Shown here: piece after piece, positions 19,707 through 31,238 of the stretch
Layout: every line of letters starts with the position of its first letter
Numbering within the stretch: the stretch's first letter is position 1
NCBI GenBank assembly: GCA_937862805.1
Contig: CALMDO010000235.1
Location: 1 to 55,745, forward strand
DNA length: 55,745 bases
Direction: 5' to 3'
From: an uncultured Bacteroidota bacterium
Lineage (GTDB): Bacteria > Bacteroidota > Bacteroidia > Bacteroidales > FEN-979
Position numbers and translations under genes: made by a program
Notes under the pieces: model-generated
The model's input: only the letters and a program-made list of their open reading frames with translations
The model's database searches: none
What the model was told of the DNA's origin: nothing

Positions 19707-22700
19707 ATGGCTGATTTTGTTCACTTACACGTTCATACACAATATTCCATTCTGGATGGCGCCTGCCGTATCAAGGAGATGGTCGAAAAAGCTGTTGGAA
19801 TGGAGATGGCCGGAGTGGCCATCACAGATCATGGTAATTTATTCGGCATTAAGGAATTTGCCGAAGCCGCATCCGGGAAGAAGGATTTTAAACCCATTTT
19901 CGGGTGCGAAACTTATATCGCCCGCCGGAGCCTGAAAGACAAAACTGATCCGGTTGACCGAAAAGGCGATCACCTGATTCTCCTTGCAAAAAATGCCAAG
20001 GGTTATCATAATCTTCTCAAACTGATTTCCTTTTCGTGGATTGACGGCCATTATTATAAACCCAGGATCGACAAGGCATTGTTGCGCGAATACCATGAGG
20101 GTTTGATCGCCTCTTCCGCGTGCCTGGCAGGGGAGATCCCGCGGGCCATCCTGAACGGTAATATTCCCAAAGCAGAAGAAGCCCTCCTCGGGTACAAAGA
20201 AATTTTCAAGGATGATTTTTATCTTGAACTGATGCGTCATCCTGCCACTGATCCGACACGTGATACTGAAGTTTACAAACGCCAGCTTGAAGTGGAAAAG
20301 GTAGTGGTGGAGTTGAGCCGGAAATTCAAGATTAAGTTGTTGGCAACCAATGATGTCCATTTTTTAAATGAAGCGGATGCGGAGGCACACGACCGGTTGT
20401 TATGCATCAACACCGGAAAATTTATTGATGACCCGACCCGGATGCGCTATACAGGCCAGGAGTGGTTCAAATCAAAAGAGGAGATGAACGTTCTTTTTGC
20501 CGATCTGCCCGAAGCGCTCGAAAACACCCTTGAGGTGCTGGCAAAAGTTGAACATTACAGTCTCAACCGCGATCCGATAATGCCCGACTTCCCCTTGCCG
20601 GAGGGCTTTACCGATGCCGGTGAATACCTGAGGTACCTGACATACAAGGGCGCTGAAAAGCGGTATCCGGAATTGACCGAGACAATCAAGGAAAGAATCG
20701 AGTTTGAACTGGAGACCATTTGCCGCATGGGTTACCCCGGATACTTTCTGATCGTTCAGGATTTTCTCAATGCTGCCCGGGAAATGGGTGTTTCGGTCGG
20801 CCCCGGCAGGGGTTCGGCTGCCGGCTCGGTGGTGGCTTATTGTATCCGGATCACCGATGTCGATCCCTTACCTTATGATTTACTGTTTGAACGGTTTCTG
20901 AATCCCGATCGCATCTCCATGCCCGACATCGATATTGACTTCGATGAAGATGGAAGGGACAAAGTGCTCCGGTGGGTTGTTAACAAGTACGGACATGACA
21001 AGGTTGCGCAGGTCATCACATTTGGAACCATGGCCGCTAAAGGCGCCATCAGGGATGTTGGCAGGGTTCAGCGGCTGCCGCTCGATGAGGTTTCAAAACT
21101 GACCAAACTGGTACCCGGCCGGAATAGCATTACATTGAAAACCGCCTATGAGGAGGTTCCGGAACTGAAAGCTGCCCGTTTTTCGGACAATTCCCTGGTG
21201 GCTGAAACACTCAAATATGCTGAAAATTTAGAAGGTTCCATCCGTCAAACCGGGCTTCATGCCTGTGGGGTCATCATCAGTCGCGACCCCCTTATCGACC
21301 ACATTCCCATCACAACATCAAAGGAATCAAATCTTTTTGTCACCCAGTTTGATGGTGATTATATTGAAAAGGTGGGCATGCTGAAGATGGATTTCCTGGG
21401 ATTAAAAACCCTCTCCATCATTAAAGATGCACTGAAAAACATCCGGTTGACCCATGGGATCGACCTCGATCTGGAAGCAATCCCTTTCGACGATCAAACC
21501 ACCTACGAACTCTTCAGCACCGCCCGGACAACCGGCATTTTTCAGTTTGAGTCAGATGGAATGAAGAAATATCTGAAAGATCTCAAACCGAATAAAATAG
21601 AGGATCTGATCGCCATGAATGCCCTCTACCGGCCGGGACCCATGGATTATATTCCCAGTTTTATCAACCGGAAACATGGTAAGGAGAAGATCGTCTATGA
21701 TATCCCGGTCATGGAGAAGTATCTTAAAGATACATATGGGATCACAGTCTATCAGGAACAGGTCATGTTGTTGTCGCAGGAATTGGCAGGGTTTACAAAA
21801 GGAGAAGCCGATTCCCTGCGGAAAGGAATGGGAAAGAAGATCGGTTCCATCATCAACGATCTTAAACCCAAGTTCTTTGATGGTTGCAGAAAGAAAGGGC
21901 ACGATGAAGAGATTGTCAACAAAATCTGGAAAGATTGGACGGCCTTTGCCAATTACGCCTTCAATAAATCTCATTCTACTTGTTATGCCTTTCTTGCTTA
22001 CCGGATGGCCTGGCTGAAAGTCCATTATCCGCCCGAATTCATGGCCGCCGTTCTGAGCCGTAACCTGACCGATCTGAAGGAGATCACCCTTTTTCTTGAC
22101 GAATGCAAAAGAATGGGAATCCCGGTTCTTGGCCCCGATATCAATGAAAGCCTGGGGGCCTTCGTTGCCAATAAAAAGGGAGAGATCCGGTTTGGGATGG
22201 CGGGAATTAAAAACGTAGGTGAAAGCGCTGTAGCGAGCATTGTGGAGGAACGGGAAAACAACGGACCATTCCTCTCAATCTCGGATTTGACCCTCAGGCT
22301 CAATTCACACCTTGTGAATAAAAGATGCCTGGAGTCGCTGGCTAAAGCGGGCGCTTTTGATTGTTTTGAAAACACCCACAGAGCACAGTTTTTTTTCCAG
22401 GAAAACAATGACGATACAACCTTCCTTGAAAAAGTGATGCGTTATACTACCGATTACTTCGCCCGGAGGGATTCCATGCAACAATCCCTTTTCGGCGATT
22501 CGGAAGAGATCGGTTTCCGGGAATTACCCATGCCCGATTGCCGCCCCTGGTCATCACTCGAACGGCTTAAATATGAAAAAGAGGTGACCGGTTTTTACAT
22601 GTCGGGTCATCCCCTCGATGAGTACAGGCTTGAAATGGAGACTTTTTCAACGGTTGCTATCAGTGATCTGAAAGAGGACCTTCATACCCTGAAAGGGAAA

Positions 22701-23204
22701 GAATTTACCTTCGCCGGAATGGTCATTGAAGCCAAGCACAAAACCGGTAAAACCGGGAAACTGTTTGGCAGTTTCGTAGTAGAAGATTATTTTGATTTCA
22801 TCAGCCTGACTGTTTTTTCGGAAGATTACCTGAAGTGGTCTCATTTGCTGAAAGAGGGCCGGTTCCTGTTTATCAGAGCCCGGATTGATTCCCGGTTTGA
22901 CAATCCGGACCAATTGATAGTCAGGGTAATAAACATTATGCTCCTTTCGGAAGTGATGGAAAAATCAGCCAAAGTCTTATCGCTTACTATAGAAATCAAT
23001 GATCTGACAAAGGAGACGATCCATCTTCTACAGACCCTGGCGTATAAGCACAAGGGGCGTTGTGCGCTTCGGTTACGGATTCAGGATTATGCCGAGAACC
23101 TTACCATCGATCTTCCTTCAAGAAAATACAGGATCAATGCCGGTGAGATGGTCAGGGCGCTGCAGCAACTTCCTCAGATCGAGTATAAAGTGACCGGAGA
23201 GTAA
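19707..23204 (+). CDS. dnaE: DNA polymerase III alpha subunit
   Basis: PHP HLHVHTQYS, GPGRGSAAGS, MPDIDIDF, YAFNKSH motifs; OB fold. Confidence 0.97.
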   Translation: MADFVHLHVHTQYSILDGACRIKEMVEKAVGMEMAGVAITDHGNLFGIKEFAEAASGKKDFKPIFGCETYIARRSLKDKTDPVDRKGDHLILLAKNAKGYHNLLKLISFSWIDGHYYKPRIDKALLREYHEGLIASSACLAGEIPRAILNGNIPKAEEALLGYKEIFKDDFYLELMRHPATDPTRDTEVYKRQLEVEKVVVELSRKFKIKLLATNDVHFLNEADAEAHDRLLCINTGKFIDDPTRMRYTGQEWFKSKEEMNVLFADLPEALENTLEVLAKVEHYSLNRDPIMPDFPLPEGFTDAGEYLRYLTYKGAEKRYPELTETIKERIEFELETICRMGYPGYFLIVQDFLNAAREMGVSVGPGRGSAAGSVVAYCIRITDVDPLPYDLLFERFLNPDRISMPDIDIDFDEDGRDKVLRWVVNKYGHDKVAQVITFGTMAAKGAIRDVGRVQRLPLDEVSKLTKLVPGRNSITLKTAYEEVPELKAARFSDNSLVAETLKYAENLEGSIRQTGLHACGVIISRDPLIDHIPITTSKESNLFVTQFDGDYIEKVGMLKMDFLGLKTLSIIKDALKNIRLTHGIDLDLEAIPFDDQTTYELFSTARTTGIFQFESDGMKKYLKDLKPNKIEDLIAMNALYRPGPMDYIPSFINRKHGKEKIVYDIPVMEKYLKDTYGITVYQEQVMLLSQELAGFTKGEADSLRKGMGKKIGSIINDLKPKFFDGCRKKGHDEEIVNKIWKDWTAFANYAFNKSHSTCYAFLAYRMAWLKVHYPPEFMAAVLSRNLTDLKEITLFLDECKRMGIPVLGPDINESLGAFVANKKGEIRFGMAGIKNVGESAVASIVEERENNGPFLSISDLTLRLNSHLVNKRCLESLAKAGAFDCFENTHRAQFFFQENNDDTTFLEKVMRYTTDYFARRDSMQQSLFGDSEEIGFRELPMPDCRPWSSLERLKYEKEVTGFYMSGHPLDEYRLEMETFSTVAISDLKEDLHTLKGKEFTFAGMVIEAKHKTGKTGKLFGSFVVEDYFDFISLTVFSEDYLKWSHLLKEGRFLFIRARIDSRFDNPDQLIVRVINIMLLSEVMEKSAKVLSLTIEINDLTKETIHLLQTLAYKHKGRCALRLRIQDYAENLTIDLPSRKYRINAGEMVRALQQLPQIEYKVTGE

Positions 23205-23280
23205 AGAAATTGCCTGAGAAATAGTTTTTTTTGTACTTTAGCAGGTAAATAACTGTCTAACAAATAATAAATCAGAAAAT

Positions 23281-23598
23281 ATGTTTGAAAAATTCACCGA
23301 TCAGAATTTTGAGGAAAAAGTTGTGAAAAGCGATAAACTTGTGATTGTCGATCTTTCTGCAGAATGGTGCGGCCCTTGCCGTATGGTTTCTCCTATTATT
23401 CATGAACTGGAGGCAGAATATGAAGGCCGTATCGTTGCAGGAGAGATGAATGTTGATGACAACCCTGCTACCACAGCCCTTTATAAGGTTCGTAATATAC
23501 CCACCGTGTTGTTCTTCAAGAAAGGCCAGGTGGTCGATAAGCAGGTCGGCGCCGTCCCTAAAGCCTCCTACAAAGCGTTGATTGAAAAATATATCTAA
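23281..23598 (+). CDS. trxA: Thioredoxin
   Basis: WCGPC active site and NIPT cis-Pro loop. Confidence 0.96.
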   Translation: MFEKFTDQNFEEKVVKSDKLVIVDLSAEWCGPCRMVSPIIHELEAEYEGRIVAGEMNVDDNPATTALYKVRNIPTVLFFKKGQVVDKQVGAVPKASYKALIEKYI

Positions 23599-23655
23599 TC
23601 AGGATTCCGGAAATCATCTCCGCGTGCCGATGATGAATTTCTGATCAACCTCAGG

Positions 23656-24591
23656 ATGGTTCCAACAATTGATAAAACCCGGCTGGAGCAGTTTTCTTCA
23701 CTTGAATTCCTTGCTCGTCAGGTTGTTGAGGGTTTCATAACGGGTTTGCACAAAAGCCCTTTCCATGGCTTCAGTGTCGAATTTGCTGAACACCGGCTGT
23801 ATAATTCGGGTGAATCGGTAAGAGACATCGACTGGAAATTGTATGGCCGTACCGACCGGCTCTATACCAAACGGTATGAAGAAGAGACCAATCTGCGATG
23901 TCAGATCCTGATAGATAACTCTTCCTCCATGCATTATCCGGTGATTCCTGCACCGGATCTTTCCCATCCCAACAAAATAACGTTTTCGGTATACATGGCG
24001 GCAGCCCTTATTTATTTGCTTCATAAACAACGGGATGCATCGGGTATAAGCGTTTTCTCCGACCAGATCGAACTTCATACGCCAGCCAAATCCAACGCGA
24101 TCCACAACCGTTATCTGTTCACTGAACTGGAACATTGCCTGGCTTCCCGTTCCCTGCAAAACCTTCATAAAACGCTGGCTTCCAGGGCTATTCACGAGCT
24201 CTCGGAAAGAATCCACAAACGCTCGCTGGTGATCATCTTCAGCGATATGTTCGAGACCAACCACGATCCGGAAGCGCTCTTCCAGGCATTGCAACACCTT
24301 AAACACAATAAGCACGAAGTGGTGCTCTTCCATGTGACAGATAAAAATAAAGAGCTGGAATTTGATTTCGAAGACCGGCCTTTTCAATTCATTGACCTGG
24401 AAACCGGAGAGCGATTGAGGGCCATCCCTTCCAGGCTCAGGGAACACTATGTATCTACTGTCACCCGCTTCAGGGATGAACTGAAACTGCGTTGCGGTCA
24501 GTATCACATCGATCTGGTTGAAGCGGACATACATGCAGGATTCGAACAGGTACTCCTGCCTTACCTGGTTAAACGCAGCCGTTTGTTTTAA
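23656..24591 (+). CDS. DUF58 (vWA-like, MoxR-associated) protein
   Basis: GLHKSPFHGFSVEFAEHRLY, IDWKLY, DNSSSM, IFSD motifs. Confidence 0.9.
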   Translation: MVPTIDKTRLEQFSSLEFLARQVVEGFITGLHKSPFHGFSVEFAEHRLYNSGESVRDIDWKLYGRTDRLYTKRYEEETNLRCQILIDNSSSMHYPVIPAPDLSHPNKITFSVYMAAALIYLLHKQRDASGISVFSDQIELHTPAKSNAIHNRYLFTELEHCLASRSLQNLHKTLASRAIHELSERIHKRSLVIIFSDMFETNHDPEALFQALQHLKHNKHEVVLFHVTDKNKELEFDFEDRPFQFIDLETGERLRAIPSRLREHYVSTVTRFRDELKLRCGQYHIDLVEADIHAGFEQVLLPYLVKRSRLF

Positions 24592-24614
24592 GTCGGATGC
24601 CCTGGTTTTTTTAC

Positions 24615-24622
24615 TAATTTTG
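24615..24622 (+). promoter_or_regulatory. -7 promoter box of valS
   Basis: TAATTTTG 23 nt upstream of the valS ATG. Confidence 0.6.
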
Positions 24623-24645
24623 CTCCTTCTTAAAAATCAGCTGAA

Positions 24646-27291
24646 ATGTCGGAAATTGCTTCCAAGTACGATCCTTCCCTGGTGGAGGATAAATGGTATG
24701 ATTACTGGATGAAGCAGGGCTTTTTTCATTCTGTACCGGATGAAAGGGAACCGTACTGCATCGTCATCCCTCCTCCCAATGTTACGGGAGTGCTCCACAT
24801 GGGCCACATGCTCAACAATACCATTCAGGACATTTTTGTCCGCCGGGCCCGGATGCTGGGGAAAAATGCTTGTTGGGTACCCGGTACCGACCATGCCTCC
24901 ATTGCCACAGAAGCGAAAGTTGTCGGGAAACTCAGAGAAGAAGGTATCGATAAAGCAAGTCTTACCCGCGATGAGTTTTTAAACCATGCCTGGAAATGGA
25001 AAGCGAAACATGGTGGCATCATCCTCGACCAATTGAAAAAGTTGGGCGCTTCCTGTGACTGGGAACGAACTTGCTTTACCATGGATGAAGCCCTGTATGA
25101 TTCTGTGATCAATGTTTTTGTTGATCTGTATAATAAAGGATTGATATACAGAGGAATACGAATGGTTAACTGGGATCCTAAGGCCCTCACTGCGGTATCC
25201 GACGAAGAGGTTATTTACAAAGAGGTCAACTCAAAACTTTATTATGTCAGGTATCGGGTCGAAGGAACAGATGATGAATGGGTTACGGTAGCAACTACCC
25301 GTCCTGAAACCATTCTGGGCGATACTGCCATCTGCGTCCATCCGGAGGATGAAAGGTACCAATTCCTACGGGGTAAAAAGATACTCGTTCCCCTTGTCAA
25401 TCGTTCCATTCCGGTGATTTTTGATGAATATGTCGACCGTGAATTCGGTACAGGCGCTTTAAAGGTGACCCCGGCGCATGACATCAACGACTATAACCTG
25501 GGGTTGAAATACAAACTGGAGGTCATCGATACCTTCAATCCCAACGGAACGATGAGTGAGGCAGCGCAACGGTACATCGGCGAAGACCGTTTCGTGGTGC
25601 GGGAAAAGATCACCCGCGATCTTAGCGAAAAAGGCCACCTGGTGAAGGTAGAAGCTTACAACAATAAAGTGGGTTATTCAGAAAGAACGGATGAGGTGAT
25701 CGAACCCAGGATCTCAATCCAATGGTTCATGAAAATGAGCGCTTTGGCAAAACCCGCATTGGATTTGGTAGAGAATGACACCATCAGGTTTCACCCGCCG
25801 AAATACAAGAACATGTACCGGCACTGGATGGAAAATGTCACCGATTGGTGCATCTCCCGTCAACTATGGTGGGGTCAACGGATACCTGCCTACTACCTGC
25901 CTGATGGCACTTTCGTGGTTGCACGGAACAAAGAAGAGGCGCTGGCAATCGCACGGGAAAATCAGCCGGCCGGCGAAACAATTTTAACCTTGGAGGATCT
26001 TAACCAGGATGAAGATGTTTTGGATACCTGGTTTTCAAGCTGGCTATGGCCTATCTCTGTTTTCGACGGCATTCGCCATCCCGACAATCCGGACATCCGC
26101 TATTATTACCCTACCGACGACCTGATTACGGCGCCTGAGATCATCTTTTTCTGGGTAGCCCGGATGGTCATGGCCGGATGGGAGTACAGAAAAGAGATTC
26201 CTTTTAAAAATGTCTATTTTACAGGCATTGTCAGGGATAAACAAGGCCGTAAAATGTCGAAATCCCTTGGCAATTCACCGGAACCTCTCGAGCTGATCAG
26301 CCGTTATGGCGCTGATGCAGTGCGGGTGGGAATGCTCCTTTGCTCCCCGGCAGGGAACGACCTGCTTTACGATGAAGGGTTGATCGAACAGGGGAGGAAT
26401 TTTTGCAACAAGATATGGAATGCCATGCGGTTGGTCAGGGGTTGGCAGGTTGATCCTGAATTGCTTCAACCGGAAGTAAATAAAATATCGATTCAATGGT
26501 TTGATTCGGTGTACAACGCCTCCCTGGGAAACATCAATGATCTTTTCGATGATTACCGTCTAAGTGAAGCATTGATGGCAGCCTATAAACTGGTTTGGGA
26601 TGATTTCTGTTCCTGGTTCCTGGAGATGATCAAACCCGCTTACCAACAACCTGTCGATCAGCTTACCTATCTTTCAACCATTGAGTTTTTTGAAAAATTG
26701 TTATTGGTGCTTCACCCCTTTATGCCGTTTCTTACGGAAGAAATCTGGCATATTCTGAAAGAACGTGAATCCGGTTCTTCCCTGATGGTTGAGCGTCAAC
26801 CGGAGGCGGCCGTCTATAATCAGCATTTGATCGACCGGTTCAGCTTTGCTGAAACAGTGATCATCGCCATTCGCAGCGTCCGCAAAGAAAAGAATATCCC
26901 TCAAAAGGAGGGTCTTCAACTTTTTGTCCGTAAAAATAACGAGGAACAGCCCGATTTCCTGTTCGACGGGGTGATTTCTAAGCTATGCAACCTGTCACAA
27001 TTAGCTTACGTGGAGGAAAAAGTGGCCGACTGTCATACTTTTATTGTAGGATCCACAGAATTTTTCATTCCCCTGCAGAGCTCCATTGATGCGGAAGGAG
27101 AGATCCAAAAGCTGGAAGAAGAGTTAGCCTATACCCGTGGCTTTTTGGAGAAGGTTATGCAAAAACTAGACAATGAAAAATTTATCAGAAACGCTCCGAC
27201 AGTGGTTGTGGATGGAGAACGGAAGAAACAGCAGGATGCAGAAGCCCGCATCAGGGTGCTGGAACAGCAACTAACCTCTTATAGAATCTGA
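24646..27291 (+). CDS. valS: Valine--tRNA ligase
   Basis: [29 protein letters not shown] motifs; C-terminal coiled coil. Confidence 0.97.
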   Translation: MSEIASKYDPSLVEDKWYDYWMKQGFFHSVPDEREPYCIVIPPPNVTGVLHMGHMLNNTIQDIFVRRARMLGKNACWVPGTDHASIATEAKVVGKLREEGIDKASLTRDEFLNHAWKWKAKHGGIILDQLKKLGASCDWERTCFTMDEALYDSVINVFVDLYNKGLIYRGIRMVNWDPKALTAVSDEEVIYKEVNSKLYYVRYRVEGTDDEWVTVATTRPETILGDTAICVHPEDERYQFLRGKKILVPLVNRSIPVIFDEYVDREFGTGALKVTPAHDINDYNLGLKYKLEVIDTFNPNGTMSEAAQRYIGEDRFVVREKITRDLSEKGHLVKVEAYNNKVGYSERTDEVIEPRISIQWFMKMSALAKPALDLVENDTIRFHPPKYKNMYRHWMENVTDWCISRQLWWGQRIPAYYLPDGTFVVARNKEEALAIARENQPAGETILTLEDLNQDEDVLDTWFSSWLWPISVFDGIRHPDNPDIRYYYPTDDLITAPEIIFFWVARMVMAGWEYRKEIPFKNVYFTGIVRDKQGRKMSKSLGNSPEPLELISRYGADAVRVGMLLCSPAGNDLLYDEGLIEQGRNFCNKIWNAMRLVRGWQVDPELLQPEVNKISIQWFDSVYNASLGNINDLFDDYRLSEALMAAYKLVWDDFCSWFLEMIKPAYQQPVDQLTYLSTIEFFEKLLLVLHPFMPFLTEEIWHILKERESGSSLMVERQPEAAVYNQHLIDRFSFAETVIIAIRSVRKEKNIPQKEGLQLFVRKNNEEQPDFLFDGVISKLCNLSQLAYVEEKVADCHTFIVGSTEFFIPLQSSIDAEGEIQKLEEELAYTRGFLEKVMQKLDNEKFIRNAPTVVVDGERKKQQDAEARIRVLEQQLTSYRI

Positions 27292-27295
27292 TTTG

Positions 27296-29107
27296 ATGAA
27301 TGAACTCAGAAACATAGCGATTATCGCTCACGTTGACCATGGCAAGACCACCCTGGTTGACCGGATTCTTCATCAGGTCCGTCTTTTCAGAGATAATCAG
27401 GAGATGGGTGAACTCATTCTCGATTCCAATGATCTGGAACGGGAACGCGGGATCACGATCCTTTCCAAGAATGTATCCGTGCGATATAAAGGATACAAAA
27501 TCAACATCATTGACACGCCCGGTCATGCCGATTTCGGAGGTGAAGTCGAGCGGGTACTCAACATGGCCGACGGGGTGTTGATTCTCGTGGATGCATTCGA
27601 AGGCCCGATGCCTCAGACCCGTTTCGTTTTACAGAAGGCGTTGGAACTGGGAAAGAAACCCATCGTTGTGATCAACAAGGTTGACAAGCCCAACTGTGCG
27701 CCCGACGAGGTGCAGGAAGCCATGTTTGAATTGATGTTCAGCCTGGATGCCAGCGAAGACCAGCTCAATTTTCCCACGGTTTACGGCTCCTCGAAACAAG
27801 GCTGGATGTCGGATGACTGGCGCAAACCGGCTTCTGATGTCAGTTATCTGTTGGACCAGATCATCGCGCATGTTCCACCGCCGGTGCAGATTCCCGGCAC
27901 CCTCCAGATGCAAATCAGTTCACTTGATTATTCCTCTTATGTAGGTCGGATTGCTGTCGGGAGGATCACAAGGGGATCGATCAAAGCGGGCATGCCCGTA
28001 TCGTTGGTGAAGAATGACCGGAGCGTAACCCGCTCCGTAGTAAAAGAGTTGTATTTATTTGAAGGGTTGGGCAAGGAAAAGGTAAAATGGGAAGTCGGTG
28101 CAGGGGAGATTTGTGCCGTGTTAGGCCCAGAAAATTTCGATATCGGGGATACCATTGCCGACATCGATGCGCCTGAAGGGATGACTCCCATCAGTGTGGA
28201 CGAGCCGACCATGAGCATGTTGTTCACCATCAATACATCTCCTTTCGCAGGAAAAGAAGGAACCTTTGTCACCTCACGGCACATCAGGGAAAGGCTTTTC
28301 AGGGAAACTGAAAAAAACCTCGCTTTGCGTGTTGAAGAGATGGATTCGCCGGAGAAATTCCAGGTTTTTGGAAGGGGAATCCTTCACCTGGCCATTCTGG
28401 TCGAAACCATGCGCCGTGAAGGTTATGAGTTTCAGTTAGGGCAACCCCAAATACTGACCAAGACAATTGACGGTGAAAAATGCGAACCGGTTGAGTTGCT
28501 TAAAGTGCAGGTGCCGGAGCCTTTCGCGGGAAAAGTAATTGAGCTGGTAAGCCGCCGAAAGGGAGACCTGATCCACATGGAACACAAACGCGACCGGGTA
28601 ATCCTCGAATTTGACATCCCGGCCCGTGGATTGATCGGCCTTCGCAACCCTGTTCTGACAGCAACCGAGGGGGAAGCGGTTATGGCCCACCGGTTCAAAT
28701 CATATCAGCCCTGGAAAGGCGATATGCAAGGCAGGATCAATGGAGCACTCATTTCCATGTACACAGGTACTGCCATTACTTATGCCATTGATAAATTGCA
28801 GGATCGGGGCAAATTTTTTATCGATCCTTTTGAAGAGGTCTATAACGGACAGGTCATTGGTGAATGTACCCGCAGCGATGACATCGTTATCAATGTCAAT
28901 AAAACCAAAAAATTATCGAATGTACGGGCAAGCGGTTCTGATGAAAAAGCTGTGATCGTACCCGCGGTGAAATTTTCGCTCGAAGAGGCCATGGAATATA
29001 TCAGAAATGATGAATACGTTGAGGTGACACCTCGTTCCATACGCATCCGAAAGATCATACTTGATGAGATTGAACGGAAAAGAAGCCGTAAGATTGAAAA
29101 TGGCTGA
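27296..29107 (+). CDS. typA: Translational GTPase TypA/BipA
   Basis: [40 protein letters not shown] motifs. ATG at 27296 (track starts at TTG 27293). Confidence 0.96.
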   Translation: MNELRNIAIIAHVDHGKTTLVDRILHQVRLFRDNQEMGELILDSNDLERERGITILSKNVSVRYKGYKINIIDTPGHADFGGEVERVLNMADGVLILVDAFEGPMPQTRFVLQKALELGKKPIVVINKVDKPNCAPDEVQEAMFELMFSLDASEDQLNFPTVYGSSKQGWMSDDWRKPASDVSYLLDQIIAHVPPPVQIPGTLQMQISSLDYSSYVGRIAVGRITRGSIKAGMPVSLVKNDRSVTRSVVKELYLFEGLGKEKVKWEVGAGEICAVLGPENFDIGDTIADIDAPEGMTPISVDEPTMSMLFTINTSPFAGKEGTFVTSRHIRERLFRETEKNLALRVEEMDSPEKFQVFGRGILHLAILVETMRREGYEFQLGQPQILTKTIDGEKCEPVELLKVQVPEPFAGKVIELVSRRKGDLIHMEHKRDRVILEFDIPARGLIGLRNPVLTATEGEAVMAHRFKSYQPWKGDMQGRINGALISMYTGTAITYAIDKLQDRGKFFIDPFEEVYNGQVIGECTRSDDIVINVNKTKKLSNVRASGSDEKAVIVPAVKFSLEEAMEYIRNDEYVEVTPRSIRIRKIILDEIERKRSRKIENG

Positions 29108-29108
29108 A

Positions 29109-30908
29109 TTATTCCCGCGGAATCGCTTCATAGACCAGTTCGGCGATATCCTTAACAGCCATTGAAGCATGGCGACCCAGTGTCTTTTTACAAAGAGGGC
29201 ATGAAGTCGCAATCGTTTCCGGTTGGTTTTCGACCAGGATATCCAGTGCAGCTTTGGTCATCAAATTCCTCTGACTGTTTGAAGCCTCGAACATTCCAAG
29301 GCTTCCACCGCAACAGTGTGCTTTTTCCCGTTCCTCCCTTACGTTTACCAGGTCAGCGACTTTCCCGATGAGTTCACGCGGCGCTTCATAGGTCTTGGTG
29401 CCACGCCCCAGATCGCAAGGATCATGATAGGCAACTTTCGAAAAGTGGCCCTGTAAAGGAATTTTACCCGTTTTAATCAGGTTCAGAAGGAATTGCGAGT
29501 GATGCTGTATCCGGATCGGCAGGTTGTACTCTTCACGAAAAACACGGTAACAGATGGGGCAGGAGGTGACGAGCATACGGGCTTGCGTTTGCCTGATGAG
29601 GGTTTTGTTGAATTCTATCAATTCGTTGGCCTGACGGTCTTTTCCGGCGATCATCAAGGGGCGGCCACAGCATACCGAACCATCGGCATCGAGGTGGATA
29701 AAATCAATGCCTGCACGGGTGAGAATCCCTTTCATGGCCAGGATGATTGTCGGTGTGAGGTGCGTCATACATCCTGAAAAATAGACTACATCACCCTTCC
29801 CTGAATGGCCATTGGTAAGATACCTGAAATCAGATGCCTGACCTGAAGTAATCTCCCTTCTCTTGATCAATCGGAGTGAGTCGGTGGAGATGCCCACAGG
29901 GCAAACTTCCTGGCAGCGGCCGCAAACCAGGCATTTCTGACTGATCTCCTCAGGAACATAACGATCGCGCACTCCGCTGATGAAATAAACTGCCTGCGAA
30001 TCCTGGATTCCGGCTGCGATCATGGGGCAGTCATCCAAACAGACACCACAGCGGGAGCATGACTGGACTTCAGTTTCCGAGAAGCTTGAGTACCATTTTT
30101 TAGGTTGAATACCGCAATGCCGGAAAAAGATCAACAATATTTCCGTCGGGATGTGCATGTAACGTGAATAAGGCAGCATGACGAAAAAAATGCCCAGCAC
30201 AAGACTGTAACACCACCACATGGTGTAAGCTACAAAATCGGAAGGCAAAGGGGTGAGGCTTACCAGAAAATTCCCCAACGGTTGGGTCATAAATCCACCG
30301 CCATTGCCATAATATCCTGCCGTGTAACTTTCTGCCAGCAAACGCATCGGAAAAATCAGCCAAAGGGTGGTGATGGCAACCCTGTCTGTGAAATGGTGGG
30401 AAGTGGTCTTTTTCATTCCAAACCATTTCGATTGTTTTCTTTTTAAAAAAGCCAAAACCAACCCGCTCAGGATGAAGATCAGCAAAAAATCCATGAAAAA
30501 CCGGAAAAGAAACGGTACCGAATAAACCTCGAAAAACAAAACCAGTTTGTCGTGAATGAAGAATTTCAGAAAAATCGGGTAATAGGGGGCATTCAGGTGA
30601 GTTCCACTGTAATAACGACTTTCAATGTTTCCAAGGATGATCAGCAAAAACCAACCCAGGGCAAAACTCATGTGCATGTAGCCAAGCAATGGATTCTGCT
30701 TCCACATCTTTCTGTGTATCAGTGACTCAAGAAAGATTTCGCGGAGGGCAGCTGCGATTTTTCCGGGATGTTTTAACCCATTGGTGAGTTTTACTTTATC
30801 AATGGCCGGTAATGCAGCGATCCAACGGTACCAGCTTTTCCCTACGGCAAGGAAAACATAGATCAGGCCAAGGGTGAAGGGTAAAACGAAAAAGTTAAAA
30901 TTGATCAT
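29109..30908 (-). CDS. Membrane-bound Fe-S oxidoreductase: NarI/HdrE-like TM domain, 2x[4Fe-4S] and two CCG domains (HdrDE/HdrF-like)
   Basis: N-terminal TM helices with His (YMHMSF, YMHIP); CSRCGVCLDDCP and CLVCGRCQEVCP; GC...VCCG...SCPIC and HDPC...HCCG...SCPLC. Confidence 0.85.
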   Translation of the reverse strand: MINFNFFVLPFTLGLIYVFLAVGKSWYRWIAALPAIDKVKLTNGLKHPGKIAAALREIFLESLIHRKMWKQNPLLGYMHMSFALGWFLLIILGNIESRYYSGTHLNAPYYPIFLKFFIHDKLVLFFEVYSVPFLFRFFMDFLLIFILSGLVLAFLKRKQSKWFGMKKTTSHHFTDRVAITTLWLIFPMRLLAESYTAGYYGNGGGFMTQPLGNFLVSLTPLPSDFVAYTMWWCYSLVLGIFFVMLPYSRYMHIPTEILLIFFRHCGIQPKKWYSSFSETEVQSCSRCGVCLDDCPMIAAGIQDSQAVYFISGVRDRYVPEEISQKCLVCGRCQEVCPVGISTDSLRLIKRREITSGQASDFRYLTNGHSGKGDVVYFSGCMTHLTPTIILAMKGILTRAGIDFIHLDADGSVCCGRPLMIAGKDRQANELIEFNKTLIRQTQARMLVTSCPICYRVFREEYNLPIRIQHHSQFLLNLIKTGKIPLQGHFSKVAYHDPCDLGRGTKTYEAPRELIGKVADLVNVREEREKAHCCGGSLGMFEASNSQRNLMTKAALDILVENQPETIATSCPLCKKTLGRHASMAVKDIAELVYEAIPRE

Positions 30909-31237
30909 CCGAAAAGTTCGATAGCCCGGTTAATTCTCAGCAGGACATTGCGGAGGTTCACTCCCCTGGGACAGGTGAGTTGACATTTTCCGCAGAACAT
31001 GCATTTCTTAAGTTCTTGTTTCAGTTTTTCGGTTTCTCCTCTTCGGAGCAGGGTATGGGCCATCCGTATGTTGAACAGCGTAAATTGGCCGGCAGAACAG
31101 GTAGCCGTGCAGCTTCCGCAACCAATACACCAATCCAGGGAAGGTTCGTGGTATAAAACATACCGCATCATCCTTTTATCTTTCGCATCGTAATCAATCG
31201 AATGATCCAGTTGTACGGTAAATCCGAAATCTTTCAT
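30905..31237 (-). CDS. Small HdrC-like 2x[4Fe-4S] protein
   Basis: CIGCGSCTATC and CMFCGKCQLTCPRG motifs. Confidence 0.85.
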   Translation of the reverse strand: MKDFGFTVQLDHSIDYDAKDKRMMRYVLYHEPSLDWCIGCGSCTATCSAGQFTLFNIRMAHTLLRRGETEKLKQELKKCMFCGKCQLTCPRGVNLRNVLLRINRAIELFG

Positions 31238-31238
31238 T

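Noticed and set aside
19707-23204. Possible intein or fused exonuclease in DnaE
   Set aside because: Normal length and continuous motifs; no intein signatures seen.
23698-24534. 278-aa antisense ORF
   Set aside because: Lies wholly opposite the well-supported DUF58 gene and has no motifs; shadow ORF.
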